A stretch of 64,000 nt of DNA from Eledone cirrhosa (lineage: Eukaryota), in the NCBI GenBank assembly GCA_964016885.1, contig OZ024757.1:496001-560000 (forward strand), written 5' to 3'. This document shows, piece by piece, positions 63,701 through 64,000 of the stretch (position 1 is its first letter; each line of letters opens with the position of its first letter). The translations under genes were made by a program, and so were the position numbers. The notes under the pieces were generated by a model. The model saw only the letters and a program-made list of their open reading frames with translations, was not told where the DNA came from and did no database searches.

Positions 63701-64000
63701 TGACATTGGGGTGGAGACAACAGTTACTAGGGTGAGAGAGTGACATTGGAATGAAGAGACTAGCTACTAGGGTGAGATAGTGACATTGGGGTGAAGACAG
63801 TAGCTACTAGGGTGAGATAGTGTCATTAGGCTGAAGACAGTAGCTACTCGGGTGAGAGAGTGACATTGGTGTGAAGACATTAGCTACTTGTGTGAGATAG
63901 TGACATTGGGGTGGAGACAGTAGCCATGTGGGTGAGATAGTGACATTGGGGTGAAGACACTAGCTACTAGGGTGAGATAGTGACATTGGGGTGGAGACAG

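Larger units (their letters stand above)
1589..64000 (+). repeat. 40-bp tandem satellite array, >62 kb, ~1,560 head-to-tail monomers, running off the window end
   Basis: Consensus TAGTGACATTGGGGTGAAGACAGTAGCTACTAGGGTGAGA (15 G, 12 A, 9 T, 4 C; no CpG). Most monomers carry 0-4 substitutions, with recurrent 38-, 39-, 41-, 19- and 21-bp length variants. I saw no inversion or foreign insertion. Confidence 0.99.

Noticed and set aside
1589-64000. CRISPR array or repeat-spacer system
   Set aside because: There are no unique spacers: both halves of each unit are repeated with only point variants. There are no cas genes and the context is eukaryotic.
1589-64000. Canonical G-quadruplex array
   Set aside because: G-tracts (GGGG, GGG) are separated by 15-18 nt loops, beyond the usual limit of about 7 (up to 12) nt, and many variants disrupt the tracts.

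Overview
Animal (probably cephalopod/Octopus-like) genomic DNA with no supportable protein-coding gene. Bases 1-1588 are an AT-rich, largely single-copy flank. It holds CA/TA microsatellites, a near-consensus CTCF motif (740-755), a CAGGTG E-box cluster, a 46-bp-arm hairpin element between TA tracts (875-1063) and a minus-strand tRNA-derived SINE with a probable target-site duplication (1289-1490). From 1589 to the window end (~62.4 kb, ~1,560 monomers) is one uninterrupted head-to-tail 40-bp satellite, consensus TAGTGACATTGGGGTGAAGACAGTAGCTACTAGGGTGAGA. The monomer looks like an old dimer of a ~20-mer, carries a 10-bp palindrome and telomere-variant hexamers, and is strongly G-skewed. Diagnostic variant monomers reveal nested duplications (offsets 1736, 1879, 6124, 3334, 2333/2693, 5026, 4170 and 14159 bp) and reciprocal 19/21-bp half-register recombinants. 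ORFs in the array are repeat artefacts, and it is not a CRISPR array. I found no convincing new gene system; the best leads are the satellite's architecture, a possible subtelomeric origin and the possible CTCF boundary next to it.
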